DNA of 64,000 bases from Kudoa neothunni (taxonomy: Eukaryota; Animalia; Cnidaria). This document shows, piece by piece, positions 26,887-40,847 of the stretch (the stretch's first letter is position 1; every line of letters starts with the position of its first letter). The DNA is taken from the NCBI GenBank assembly GCA_964304625.1, contig OZ199839.1:3276724-3340723 (forward strand), in the 5' to 3' direction. The notes below the pieces were generated by a model, which saw only the letters and a list, made by a program, of their open reading frames with translations, was not told the DNA's origin and did not search any database. The translations under genes and the position numbers were made by a program.

Positions 26887-28160
26887 TCCTCATACGCACA
26901 CTAAAAAAAATCACGTTCCCCACGCTGGGAAACTTTTGACCCCCAGCCTTTGAGAGAAATTCCCTAATTATTTTTTAACGGCTTTTATATATAATAAAAA
27001 TTCAGTTCTTGTTATAGAAAAATTATAAAATTTTTTAATCAACGTATAATTATATATTATGGGTATTACCAATTATAGTCGTACATTTGACAAAATGGAT
27101 TCTGAATTCACTGACTATGACCCCCATTTTGAATAATCTAATTTTGAATTTAGTTATTGGGTAATTGAGAACCCCACATCCGAGTAATATTATTCACATA
27201 ATTGAATTGGTCTTCCAACGAAAAAATTTGTGCAGTGACATTTAAGGGTGGAAAAAATGGTCTTAGTAACCAACACGCTTTCGAAGACAAACTGACGCAG
27301 AGAACATCTTTTAACATAAAACTACTTTAAAAAATAATGAATCAAAAAATGACGCTATTTAACTTTTTGCGTTTTTGAATTTTCTGGAGAATGAAATGTT
27401 AGATTTGATTGTTGAATATATAAACAAATACATAAAGAATGAGTTACACTAGAAAAGTTCAATTACAAAAAGGGACTGAATGAAGTTTATTGGTTGTTGT
27501 TCGCTTATAAGAATAATGAAGGGGAAAAATATGGATGTGTACAATTACTGATGTTTGCAATACCGAGTTGAGCGAATTTAGATGTACGTATATAATTTTT
27601 AAAAATGACTACTAAATAAGATAGTTTCCGAATGCGAGCTAAATGATGACAGATATTATGGCACAACCGTGTAAACGGCCCTATTGTTAAAATCAATCTC
27701 ATCATGGAAATCTTGGTAATCTGGTTGTAATAGGGACTTTAAAAGATTCTTCCATCACACATAAATTATATATTATTTAAAACAGTTGTTTAGAAAATTT
27801 TCTATTCTCAAAAGAAGCAAATTTTAGGTGAGTAACAATCTACGTCAGATGTTGGAATAGGAGAGTAATTTCTTAATATTTTTTAAGTATATTTTAAGAA
27901 TATTAGAATTTCTATTATATCAAACGCTCCTGTCTTTAAATACAATGACAACAGCTTAAGTACTGTTCAGAGTTATTAAATAAATGGGGAGGCGTGATTT
28001 TTTATGTATCGAGACTTAACGTATCTTTAAACATAACATATAACAAATTTTAATTGTAAATTATAATAATTAAGTCTCAAAAATAAATTAGAGATAAAAG
28101 CATTTTCTTTTCTCCTGGATGTGTTTACAAGACAACATCGCTTACGTCCGGTGGGGGTTA
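26887..28160 (+). mobile_element. Heavily decayed piggyBac-like remnant
   Basis: TTAA-TCCTC start, TTTTGACCCCC subterminal motif, acidic N-terminus remnant (MDSEFTDYD). Right end unclear. Confidence 0.35.
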
Positions 28161-28622
28161 AATGGCTTCTATCTCAATTAATAAAATGCTTAATCCTAAT
28201 TTTTGATTTTTTAACCTAAACCAATATATGTAACGATATGTTAAAATAATGATTAAAATTGCATTATTCTAGAGTGTTTAATAAAAAATCATCAAAATAT
28301 TCAACTTTGACTATATTCTATGCTATGTAATAATTTAATTCTAACACCTTGCGATTTTTGTGATGAGCTCTTTTTAGAACTTATCTAAACGTACGTTTAA
28401 GAGCCATAAACGATTTTTTTACTGGAAAGAAAAGATTAATCTTCCAACAGATATTCAGCATATATTAGTTAAAACAAGGAAACTTATTTATTGTGTTATT
28501 TTATCGAAGGATGAAGTTTTGAACGATTATTTAACCATTAATATTTTTTTTGTATGTTTAAAATTAATTTTTTGTTAGAATATGTATTTCTGAATTTTTA
28601 TTAGCAATTGTCTATTTATATA

Positions 28623-29276
28623 CAGTCGAAACTCGGTTATCCGGAAAATCTAGGAGCAGCGATTTTCTTTACGGATAGCGGATAGAGAGGTTCCGGTTAA
28701 TCGATCATAAACAAAATCTCACGCGCTCGCATTTATTTTAATTTTATGCTTATTTTGAATGTTTACTTGATTTATAAACAATTTTTACCTTTAATTAAGT
28801 GAAATATGTTATCTTCTGTCAATTAAATTAAAATTGTGGGTATATCTGTTAACTAAGAATATGGAGATTTAGGGGATAGCAGTACATAATTATGGCCGTT
28901 TTTACATGTCTACAGAGGAGTAACCTACTTTTTTAAATAATCGATAATTAATGTTTGTTTAATCTACATACAGGCATGTGTTCAGATATAGTACAAATTT
29001 ATATAAGAACTGAATGCTTAACTTAAGTTTTACAAGGAAACTTTATCTAAAAATAACCTAAAAATATTTTTATTTTAAACATTGAATTGGTATATATACC
29101 ACATTGTGTGTCGTACGGTGAGGGGTGGTACTTATATCCGGAAATTTGATTAAATAGTTCTTCCGGTTTCCGCTTACCGTGGTTCCGGATAATCGAACAT
29201 TTATCGACACGTAATGTCAATAAAATTTAATTTTTCTTCCGGATAGCGTAATTTCCTGATAATCGAGGATCGACTG
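28623..29276. mobile_element. pogo/Tigger-type MITE
   Basis: TA|CAGTCGAAACTCGGTTATCCGG...GATAATCGAGGATCGACTG; second copy at 36923-37436 in inverted orientation. Confidence 0.8.
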
Positions 29277-30000
29277 AACATATTTTGTAATGGCCTATTA
29301 TACAATTAAATCCTCCCTATTTAATTATTATTAGAATAACATATTACATCCATTAATTTATATATTAAATTAAGCATATTTAACATTCAATATTGTAAGG
29401 AATATGCCTATGATATGTAAATACAATCTTGGATAAAGCTATTATATTTAATTGAGTCAACAATCCTATTTCAAATAAATAAATAAGTTATACGATATTA
29501 ACCATGCTTTACCACACCACATAAATTATCAAATATAATTTGTATATTTTAATTTCGATATAAATATACCTCTTTTTTACTATTTGAAAAAAATCATTTT
29601 ATGTTTACAAAATTAAATTCTTGGCACAACTTATCAGGTTTTGAAGTTATTACTAGTTAGACCACCCCCATTAACGCTGTAAACACCACAGGACAAGCAA
29701 CATCAACACCCTTCGTATTGAAGTTTTTTATGGTAGTTTGGAATACTAAACATCCTCGTTTAGAAAGCAACATTCTCCCCAAATCCTATCCATAATGACT
29801 CTAGTTCTACAGAGATTTCATGCCTGTTAGTATATTTTTAACGATACACAAGTAAAATTCAACCGCCTCTATTAGATTGAACTATAACTGTAGGTGAAAT
29901 TAAATAATGTACCAAAATATGACTCCAACAATATCTCCCATTATAGTGTAGAAGCGAAATCGTACGGAAACAGTGTTTGATTGGGCGCAGGAGTTGTATC

Positions 30001-30499
30001 TTTTTTTATGTTTACAAGGTCAAACCCCTGGCGCAACTTGTTAGGTTGTGGAATTCTGATAGGTCAGACCTCTTCCATTAACCCTTAAGTCACCGCAGCG
30101 TCATATTAAAGCGACTTACGTTTATGCGGTAGTGTGGGATTTTAATGCACTAAAGATCCTCGTTTCGGAGCAACCACCACCCCAACCATACCCGGGACTA
30201 ACCCAGAATTAATCAGGGAAAGTCGCCTGAATGCGGGCGTCGGCTATACGGAAACCCCCTACTGGGTTGTATTTCGTTCCTGTACCCAGACGTTTAGGGG
30301 CGCCTGAGATCTACCCTTCCGTCAGGCTCCCCTCCTAGCTGAAAGCAAGGCCACGATAAAACATAGATCCTTGCGGTTACTACAGCCTTCCTATTTAATT
30401 TCGGATTAGGAGTACAGGGACGCCCTGACTAAGCTTCGAATCCGCAACCTCACGGTATACGATCTCGACCTAACACCACTATGCCATATCGTCCAGGTT
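30001..30499 (-). mobile_element. tRNA-derived SINE candidate
   Basis: GC-rich island flanked by a perfect 12-bp direct repeat AGGAGTTGTATC (29989-30000, 30500-30511). On the - strand: A-box TGGCATAGTGG (30486-30476), B-box-like GGATTCGAAGC (30443-30433), 3' A7 tail. Confidence 0.7.
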
Positions 30500-30953
30500 A
30501 GGAGTTGTATCGATACTTCGGGATATCGAATCCTGCCAACGCACCCACCAGGCCTTCTTATCGATTCTCGCCTCTGAAAGGGCAACCATAATGATTGGCT
30601 GAATGTTGCTTATTTTAGATTTTTATTCTAATTTGTTAATTTACTACACTTGTTATGTATGTTGGATTATAATGTTTCTTTACATATCGCGTATAAAACC
30701 AAGCTTAGAGGTATTCTACGGACAATCCCGATTCCATATGGTTTAAGACCAGTAAAATGTTATTATTCCTCTATACAAATTCATATAATCCTTAAATTTT
30801 ATTTAATTACTTAAAATAAAACATATCTCAATATAATTTGAGAAAAAAATGTATCGGAAATTGGTAAATATCCTACAATATATTTTATATCAGTTATTTA
30901 TTCATTTGGTATAATTGATCAGAACGTTTCAATTTTCGAAAATAATCCTAAAA

Positions 30954-33900
30954 ATGAAGTTAACACAACTGATAATTTTTTCATTGAGCTTTTATTTGTC
31001 GTATCAAAATTTTAACCTTCAAGAAATAAAGATATTTGAAGAACCAGGCTCAACCAGGTTCTACGGTTTCTCAGTAGCTTTCCAAAAACATTCAGGGTAA
31101 TACCCGTATTATGATCAAATGCATAAAAATTTAACCATAGCTTATATAGAATTGTTGTCTCTGACCCTTTGAAAGATTCTGGAATCGTTTATGAATACAA
31201 AATATCCGATAATCCTCAGAGAACTTCACAGCGCAAGAGTAATTTCATATTTCTTAGGTTATAATCATTTCATTAAGTAGGAAATGGGAAAAAATATTTT
31301 GGAAGTAACATATCAAGAAGCCCGAATGCAGATTTCCAATATGTAATATACAAATAGGTTAAAGTTTGATTTTTAGACATATAAATAGATTTGGAATTAC
31401 TTTGATTATAAATCCAATAAAGCATATTACAAAGAGCCCAACAAAAATCCTACGGAGTATACTGTAAGAATACGTCGACCTCTACATGGTATTTTTTAAT
31501 AAAAATTCTGTTTTTAACAACTTTAATAGCAAAAAGGAACAAACGATATGGTATTTCGATGGAAAAATATATCAAACAAATGCGAAATTATTTTAGATAT
31601 ATTTCATATTGGAGAACACGCTGAAGTGATAAGTAAAACTGAAACCTACGTTGGAAATCCATTATACAGTGATACTAAAGGTTGATTTCCTAAATTTGAC
31701 GTTTTTAAATTTGATTAGGCATAATAATGAAATGTGATTTGACCCAGGGAACTCCGTGTATTGGGTTTATTGATAAACCTAGATCGCCTGAATATCCGAG
31801 GCAGGCATTAGGTAAATCGGGATACAAATGAAAAGGAATTTTTAAATAATTTATTTTAAGGTCGATATTTTAAGCTTGGAAATATACATCCAACGGAAGG
31901 AAAAGGTACTTTATTTATTGTTCTTTATATTTAACGAAAAACAGAGGTTATCGTCTCCGCCCACGAAGCAAACTATTTTAGAGGCTGCTTGTTTGTTTAC
32001 TTAACTAACGGGGTAGAAAATAACGACCTGTCTGCTACCAAAAACGATGAAATAGGAAAATTGGTTGATAATTATGAAAAAATATGTTTTGAAGTATAAT
32101 AATTGAAATAGAATATAATAAATTAAAAGTATTCTAGGAGAGAGAATTTACTGGGTTCGGTTACCATTTTGCAGTTGTATCGATGAAATCTACTACGTAA
32201 TCTTTCCTTTTTGTTTTTTATAAAATAGAAAATAGTAGTTATGATTACGTCGTTGTGGGTATGCCTTTCGATTGGATAAATGGCCATGAATCCGGAAGCG
32301 TTAGTGTTATAACTCCCAAAGTATTTGGGTTCCAGTGCTCCTCTTTCAATATCACGAAAATTAATAGGTTACAGGTAACACTGTCTCATATGATATCAAA
32401 GTGCTTTTTTCCGGTACAAAATGGTCGAGATTTGGCTATTACGTTCATAACGTTAAAGATATCGATTCAAATGGGTTCGAAGGTAACTTTACTTTTCTTA
32501 AGACAGGCGTGAAATAAAAACTTAACAAATAGATGTTATTGTTGGTTCGCCTTATGAAAAAAAGGGAGTTCTATATATTTTCTACCAAACTGAAGATGGA
32601 TTTAATAGCGAACATCACTCGGTACAAAAACTGTTTAGTTGTGTATATATTACGATTATTAACAGAGAATTGACCAGTCCGACATTAGCGGGGATCCTGT
32701 ACAACTATTTGGCTTCAGTTTAGATGTGTTTGATACTAACTCTGATGGCAAATACGGTATTTTAACCAAATTTCTAGATATTTGTATTTATTTAATAGAA
32801 TTACTGCTTGGAGGGCTGGGACGGGCAGTTTATATGGTGCCACTTCCCCAAGCGTTGCTGAAATTTGAAATTACACCATCTTCTACCAGTTTAGATTTTC
32901 TTTCATTGCCTTCCTGTACAATTAAGAATGTTCAGAAAAAATGGTAATAACATTAATTTTATTTTAATAAAAAAAATTTAGTTTGACCTTGAAAGTTTGC
33001 AGTACCTTTTCTGGAAGTGGTGTTAGTCAAACAGGTATAATCAAAAATAACATTTAAAAATCCTTACAAATTTCTGAACGACATAGACTTAAAATTCCAT
33101 CTCCATATAAAAGAGCAAAGTTTGGATAGCGGAGATGAACACGACGAAAGTAGACACGAGGATAGGGGAGTGTTCGAATCCACAAACAATGGGGAGTTGC
33201 ATAAAGAAATCACCGTGCGTAAACGTACTGGAAATTACGAAGAATCTCAAGATTGCACTTCAGTTGAATTTATATTGGTATTTTAAAATATAACAAGTGA
33301 TTAAAATAAGTACTATAATAGGGGGATCATCTACGGGTGAATCGAAACCTTGAATTTAATTCCACCATGGTATTGGACAATAAAATAAAGGATATCTTTG
33401 TCAATAACGAGATAAATAGAGATAAAATTCTGACAGTTAAATTAATTGAACTATTATATTCTTCTCTAGCAACACTTTTTAGGTCCCAGTTACTCAAGCA
33501 TGTGATAATACTAATAAATGCAAGCCTGATATCGGTTTGAAAATGTCTAGTGATATAGGTGAAAAGTAAATTCTCTATAATAGACTAAGCTTTAAATTTG
33601 ATTATTTTAGTAACACATTAAAAGAGGGAGAAACCTTTAAATTGATTGTAAACATAACTTCTCATCATAAGAAGACTACAAACATAATCGGTCATCTTCA
33701 CGTTTCTAATGATTTTATCATCCATAATGTGATCCAATAATTAGCCTGTATATTTTTAAATATACACTTAGATCAACAATGGAGTGACTTTCAAAAATGT
33801 AATTATTCAAGATAAAGAGGTTTTGGAACTAAAAATCGTTAAAAAATTATATCCAGCTGATCATGTAAATATTTTTATAATTGAAAATTTATTCATTACA

Positions 33901-36207
33901 TAATATTAGTTTGGTTTTGCGATAATTATGCAATCAAGACGTGAGGCAACCGCCAAAAAGGATTCTTATACTTTCACTCTAAGAGTGACAAAGTAGTTGA
34001 TTATTATTCATAACCAATTAATAAATTCCCTAGTGATGTAGAAGAAGATGATATGGCAAACAACGAAGTTGCAGTTATTCTTCCATTCAAAGTTGAATCG
34101 AGCGTAATTATTACAGGGTAAACAAATATATGAAAATTACTTAATAAAAAAACATAATCCTTCTCAATTATCTCTTATTAAGCTCATATGTAGTGGCTAA
34201 ATAGATATTTTAATTTGATAATTAGGTAATTTCAAGAATTGATTAAAATATTGTTTTTCTTTGGATGCTTACATTTTAATTATATTCACTAGCTTATGAT
34301 ACTTTTTATGTATTTAAGAATCAAATAAATGATAATCATTTTAAGTGAAATTTATGTTTCCCGTGAAAATATATACTTTTTTTTATAATATATACTTTTA
34401 TTAATATGAAGAATAAATATTTCTGTATTCTATTCCATCATTACAGAAAATATTTGTTTTTATCATTAACTAGTAAAAATTCCTAGCTTCATTCCTGATT
34501 AAGAGTATTTTTCGTCGAAAAATCCCCCAAGTCGTGTCAAATTCATATATATGTAGAAGATATAGAGGAATAGTTGGAAAAAATTTTAAATTAATTAATG
34601 TGGTTAATAATTTTATGATGTAAAATGGCAATAACAATCCCTCCTATTTAGTTCAAAAGTAATAATTAAAAAATCTAATTTATTTTTAACTCTATAATTA
34701 GTTAAAAGTCTAGTATTTTATAAGATTGTATATGAACTATAAAAAATATATAAACGATTTCTATAACTAATTAATAAATATTGTTGATGAAACAATAATA
34801 ATAATTCTTATTTTATTAATTTATTTTGACTGACAATTTATAAAACATTCAAATGTTAAATTTCGCAAGCCTAAATATAATAATATTGATAAAAATTATT
34901 TACTTGGGACGAATCAAAAAATTTCGTGTCTAAATAAATCCTTATAAAATATTCGAATTATTTTTTCAAATTATTTTTAATAGATTAATAAAAATCGGAA
35001 ATAAAATATAATTAATCATGATACCTAATTACATTGATTATTGATTTGATATTTTAAATTATTCGATTGCGGTATCAGAATAATTGATATTATCAAAAAT
35101 TTCATATATAATGTTATATTTATCGATTAATTTGTATTTCATTGAAAAGATTAATATAATTACAAACAATCGTGCTAATTTCTGCTGTAGGCTGAGTTAC
35201 CCTACTGTTTCTGAAATAAGTCCCCATAAAGAACCTGAAAACAGTACAATTGACACCAGCCTTGTCCATGCTTACCCCCATTTGGATATTCAAGCAATTG
35301 TATTGGTTAACGCATCATGAATTTCAAATAACGAGTATTTAGGTATCAAATGGAGGACCTCATGACTCTCCTTCGGGTTTCGTTGAAATGGATATACCAG
35401 CGACATTGGACGGTAACCAAGTTGTCTATTTTCCAGGATTGAACGTATTTTATGACTTGAATTCGTTAAAGTTTGTTAATCAGTTATTTTTAGGAATTAT
35501 TGAGCAAAGATGATGTCTTATGTTCTGAAATTAACGCCATTAAATCGACAGTATAAAATCTTTATTAGTTTAAAAAAAGACAGTAATTTCTGCTAGAATA
35601 AAGATCTGATTGCAAATCCAACCCAAAAGAGAAACGATGAAAATAAAAATGATGTAATTTCGAAACTTTATTATTTCTATATACAAATTTTCATTAAGAT
35701 CTGTTCAGCGGAATCATGCTACAAATTAAAATGCATTTTCCAAAAGGTAGAAGCAAGGAAAGAATTAAAAGTTAAAGTGAAGGGTTTTATAAGATCAGAA
35801 GAGGTACTAAAAAGTTTTTAGTTCTTATGATAAATATAACTATTTTTATAGTTGTACAATTTGATTGGCAGAAATGGAACTGAAATCACGGTTAAAGGGA
35901 AAATAACATTCAGTTCTTTAGAAACTGTCAGAGTCGATTCTCCGATGGATATGAACGTAATTGTTTTAGGAATTCATTTTATTATTTTTTACTGGATAGA
36001 TTAAAATAAAGTTTACGAAGAATATCTCTAAACTTTCTCTGAAAAGTATACCCCTTTGGTTCTATTTAATAGCCATTATGTGTTCGGTGACAATTGTGGC
36101 GGCGTTATCATTTGTACTCTATAAGGTAAGCTTATCGTTAGGAACGAGAACTATAAATGTTGTAGATGGGAATTTTTCAGAGAAAAGATTTCTACCAAAC
36201 TCTTTAA
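30954..36207 (+). CDS. Integrin alpha subunit, copy 3
   Basis: MKLTQLIIFSLSFYLSYQNFNLQE..FYGFSVAF; SRFGYYVHNVKDIDSNGFEDVIVGSPYE; FDTNSDGKY; genu CDNTNKCKPDI; TM then YK|MGIFQRKDFYQTL*. Confidence 0.9.
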
Positions 36208-36922
36208 AATAGTTTGTGTGCTATCTATTTCCATAATACAAATAATCTCCCACTGAAATACTTCACCAAACACATTATTATGATTAGAAATCTCGAATTA
36301 ATTTATTCTACAATTAATTCAGCTGTTTATTATGCTGTTTAGTGGTCAATTTTTGCGTTCAAGTATATCAATCTAGTATCTGTTGATTACAGTGATATTT
36401 GAAATAAAAGTGCTATTTATGAAGTTTTTTATTCATTAATATAGTAAAAATATAATATTCGTGATTAATCGTATATGTATTTCACGCAAAAAATTATTCA
36501 ATGACGATTTTCAGCAATTATAAAAATTAAGTTTTATTTTTTTTAATTTATTTAAAATTGAAAAATAATTTTCAATTGTATTTTACGTAAATTAAGGGAA
36601 ATGGTCATGTTTAAAAAATTGGTGAAAATTGTAACCTGAAAAAGTTGAGTTTCAATAGTGAAAAATAAGCTAAAAGTAAATTCTAAGTTGTTAATGGTGG
36701 AATATTTCAAGTTAAATTATAAAATTTTATTAGATTGAATCTGAGAGTCACGTGCAAGCTCCTTAAAGCATAAGTGTCTCCGATGCGTTTCGCTCTACCT
36801 TGAATGTGCCAAATCTTCAAATTAATCTTTTCTGTCTAAGCATATTTATTTAAATTTTATTTATTGTGTTTAATAAAGAAAAAAAAATTTCTGGCATTTT
36901 TGTTGAAAGTAATACAGATGTA

Positions 36923-37436
36923 CAGTCGAACCTCGGTAACCAGAAAAACTATTTAATCATATTTACGGATAAAAGTACCACCCATCACCGTACGTCATAT
37001 ACAATATAGCATATATACCAATGCGATATTTAAATAAATAATAATTCCATATTATTTATTAATAAGTTTTTCTTGTAAAGCATAAGTTAAGCTTTCATTT
37101 CTAATATAAATTTGTACTATATCTGAACACATTCCTGTATGTATATTCAACAAAAATTAATTATCGATTATTTTAAAAATAGGTTACTTCTCTCTGTAGA
37201 CGTGCAAAACCTGCCATAATTATGAACTGATTTTACTTTAAGTCTCTGTATTCTTAGTTAATAGATATACCAACATTTTTAATTTAATTGACAAATGTTA
37301 AAGTATTTTACTTAATAAATAATGAAAATTTAAAACTGTGCGCGTATGACTTTGTTTATGTTCGATTAACCGGAATCTCGCTATGCGGAAAGATAATCGC
37401 TGATCCCAAATTTTCCGGATAATCGAGGATCGACCG
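36923..37436. mobile_element. pogo/Tigger-type MITE, inverted copy of 28623-29276
   Basis: TA|CAGTCGAACCTCGG...CGAGGATCGACCG; internal sequence matches the reverse complement of the 28.6-29.3 kb copy. Confidence 0.8.
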
Positions 37437-39071
37437 TCTTATTATGTGATTTATATACTTATTATATGAAATAACCTATAAAATTAAATAATAGAATGAA
37501 ATATAAATAAGCAATTATTACTTCAAGTATAGTTCTTCACATTAATACTTAATTATTTCCAAAAGCTATAGATAAATTTTACAAAAAAATTCGTTAAAAA
37601 GACTAAAACTTATTAAATTAATGAATTTTTTATCATACTCACTTTTCCATTTTAATAAAATTTGTAACCTTTTATTGTATATGTTTCTTTTACATATAAA
37701 TTAGGGTTATATTTTAATTAAACAAAATTTTATTATATTTCATTCGATTATAATAAAAAAAATATTTAATTTTCTCGTTTATAAGTGTATATTTAAATAA
37801 TGGTATTAATTAATAGCCATAGTCCTCTTCAGTAGAACATTATTGAAAATGCGCAAAATTACGTTAGGAAAAAAAATTGTTTAGGGAAGTTTTTGCTAAT
37901 TAATATTTTTTAACCAATCTATTTTAATTAAATAAAATCATTATAATTAAATATTTTAATAAACGAACCTAAATGACATAAAAGATAAGTGATACTGCTT
38001 CTTTATGTAGATTTGATGCCACGGGAACAAAAATAGTACGAATGACTTTTCCAGAAGGCATAAAATAAATTGATCTTTCAACAAACTTTAATTATCAAAA
38101 TATTTTAAAGAGAGAGACATTTTTAACTATTTTATTCTCGAAATATTAAAATGTGTTTCAAAAAAGAAGTTTTTTAAATTTATTCTTTAATTTATAAGAT
38201 ATATAAATTTTTATCTCAACTACGCCACTAAATAAATGTTAAATTATAGTTTCTCATTTTATCGAAAAATAATAAACTAAAAATCGCTGTTAATAACGCT
38301 ACCACCTATAATAAGCCATATTAATCGAAAGTTACAATAAGTTTCTATTCCCAATGAGTACCATCCTGTTTTCTAAATTTAACAGGCGTGACAGTTAATT
38401 TCAAAAAATAGAGGTAAATTGATCTTATACGTTTAGTTTTAAAGTATTTTTTCATTTATTATAAACCAAAGTTAATTTGTATAAATAAGAAATGCTGAAT
38501 ATTATTCGTTATATGCGTTTTCAGCCAAATAATAATCTAATCCTTTATTATAAATAATATTGTAGCTAAAGTTCCAATGTTGTCTAACCCAAGTAAATTA
38601 TAAGATTGAATTTATTAAATGAACAAACATCGTTAATTATTAGTATCAATGGAATATATTGAATTTAAATTTCTCCACTAAAAATAATTTGAAAACTTTT
38701 GTAAAAAATGATGAACGATATAAGGTTTATAATAAATATATGCATCATTATTTTATAAAAAATTATACTGATATGATAGGAAAAAACATTGATTTTTTAA
38801 CAATTTAGCATTAAAAGAATAAATTATTTTCTTATTTTTTGAATCAAATGAATTGTAAATTAATTTAAAAAAATGGAAATTAATATATTAAATGTTTATA
38901 TGTGATTAAGTTTATGTTATTTTATTAAAATAATATTTTGTTGCAATGAAAAAGAAACGGCAAGTAAAGGAATAGGTTTTTAAAATTGAAAGTAATTTTT
39001 TATCAAAATTATGTCGTATTTTTTATTAGTTGATTTATCGCAAGTTTAGTACATCCTGTAAATTTAATCGA

Positions 39072-40181
39072 CTAAGTGTATTTAGCCACGTTCTTTCTAG
39101 GTTCGGAATTGGATTTGCCCTTAGTCTTGATAATCCTTGAAGGGAAATTAGAGGTATCAAATATGTCGACTGAATTAATAAAGATATTTACCTGGTATAA
39201 TTGTATCAGATATTCCATCACTAAAAAAATATATGTATATTAATATATTTGACTAATGGAAACGAAAAGTAATGAGTAATGACTCATGGTTGGTTGGTAT
39301 CCACAGCCTATTAAATACTACTAATGATGAATTATCAATGGCTACTTCTGATCTACTTCAGAGGACTGTGCCATGAATAGTCGTTCAGGTTTGGAAAGGA
39401 TTCTAAAATATTCAGTTTTTGCGAATTATTAAAAATATTACTCTATGGGGCAAAAATCAGCCATGTAACAAAATATCTTGGAATAATAGTTCAAAGCGTT
39501 ATGAAAGAAAGGTATGTTTGGTGTTGAGATCTAGAAAACCAATTCGAATCATTAATAAGTCTTTAATCCAACTAACCTACCCCAATACTTGATGAGAGTT
39601 TAAGTTTTATTGCTTGGGAGAAAATCTATCGAAAAAAATTTTAAATTATTACCGAACTCATCTATCATACTGAACATGGTAAACAATTAACGGATTCTCT
39701 CAACGAAAATACTAAATACAAAAATTTATTAACTGATTATTTACAAACATTACTTTCATTCTGATCATTACATATGGCTAATTTTTCACATATCAAACTG
39801 CTTGAGAACAAACTGTTCATCACTTTTTCGAAAGGAATTAAACGATACAGGCTTTCAGGACACTTAAGTTAAATTACTGTTTCCTAGATAGTGAGAATAA
39901 ACTTAGATTACAATGAACCCTTCGGGGCAATTTTTGTCGACCACATTCACGATAATGAATTCCAAATAACTCCTTATATGGGATGTAATGGTTAGATTGA
40001 CCTCTCTAGGACTACAAAATATAGAGACTATTCCATGCAATCAATCATTATACATGACCATTGAGAGTTGTAGAAGGGTTACCATAGGAGACGTATGCAA
40101 AGAAAGGGGCAACTATCGTGATTAAACTTAAAAGTGAAAAGTAACAGAAAAATTACTCAGAAATACACAAAAAAGACCCAT
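39072..40181 (-). CDS. Secreted Cys-pattern (saposin-like) family copy D, probably with a 3-exon C-terminal extension
   Basis: MGLFCVFLIAPFFAYVSYGNP...KNCPEGFI|CPESLYRLIPFEKVMNSLFSSSLICEKLAICND...NCLPCS|IFSQAIKLKL...KIFCYMADFCPIE|ILSKPER. The exon 2/3 junction phase is ambiguous. Stop at 39342 if unspliced, 39072 if extended. Confidence 0.7.
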
Positions 40182-40847
40182 TTAAATTCACTAATTGATA
40201 TTATTTTATCAGTATTATTATAAATGTCCAACGGTCCTTACATAGTTACTTTTAATCAATTTAGCATTGACATTTGCAGAATTTAATTAATTATGCCTAA
40301 TTACTAATTCCGCAATTTTAAGGTAAGATGGTCATTATCAATTTAGAATTTATTAATCTTTTATGGACTACCTATGTGTTTATTGATTAATTTTATCTTT
40401 GTGGATAAAGTATGGTTGATATATAGTGAGGAAAATATAATATCAATATTCAAATATATTAAATCATTAAACTAAATGGATCTATTATAGATTTTATTAC
40501 GACTAAATAAACTGACAATATTATTAATATTTTTAAAAAATACTGAAGTTTTTAAAAGATGATACTATAATGTTATATTAGATCGAATTCAACGGATGAC
40601 TGATTCATAACATCACGATAAGATTCATAAAATATACATTAGCGATTATTTGAGTTATGAGGCGAAAATTCTGGCATTATCAAATATTAGAAAATAATTT
40701 TTATATTTAATTAATTTTTTAGAATATTGTAAAATATTCTAAAACGGCCAATAAAAACATATAAATGTTGATGCTTATCTAAAGCAATCGATTTTTGATG
40801 AAATAAATCTTTCCTCCGAAATATGACGTTAAAAGCGTATCGTACTA

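Noticed and set aside
30170-30430. RNase P/MRP, telomerase RNA or group II intron in the GC-rich island (GGGAAAGTC, GTGCG)
   Set aside because: No P4 partner strand, no full telomeric template and no domain V. The TSD, A/B boxes and A tail fit a SINE better.
37990-38400. FDATG motif suggesting a Mutator remnant (similar hints at 49.4-49.8 kb)
   Set aside because: Single short motif with no TIRs.
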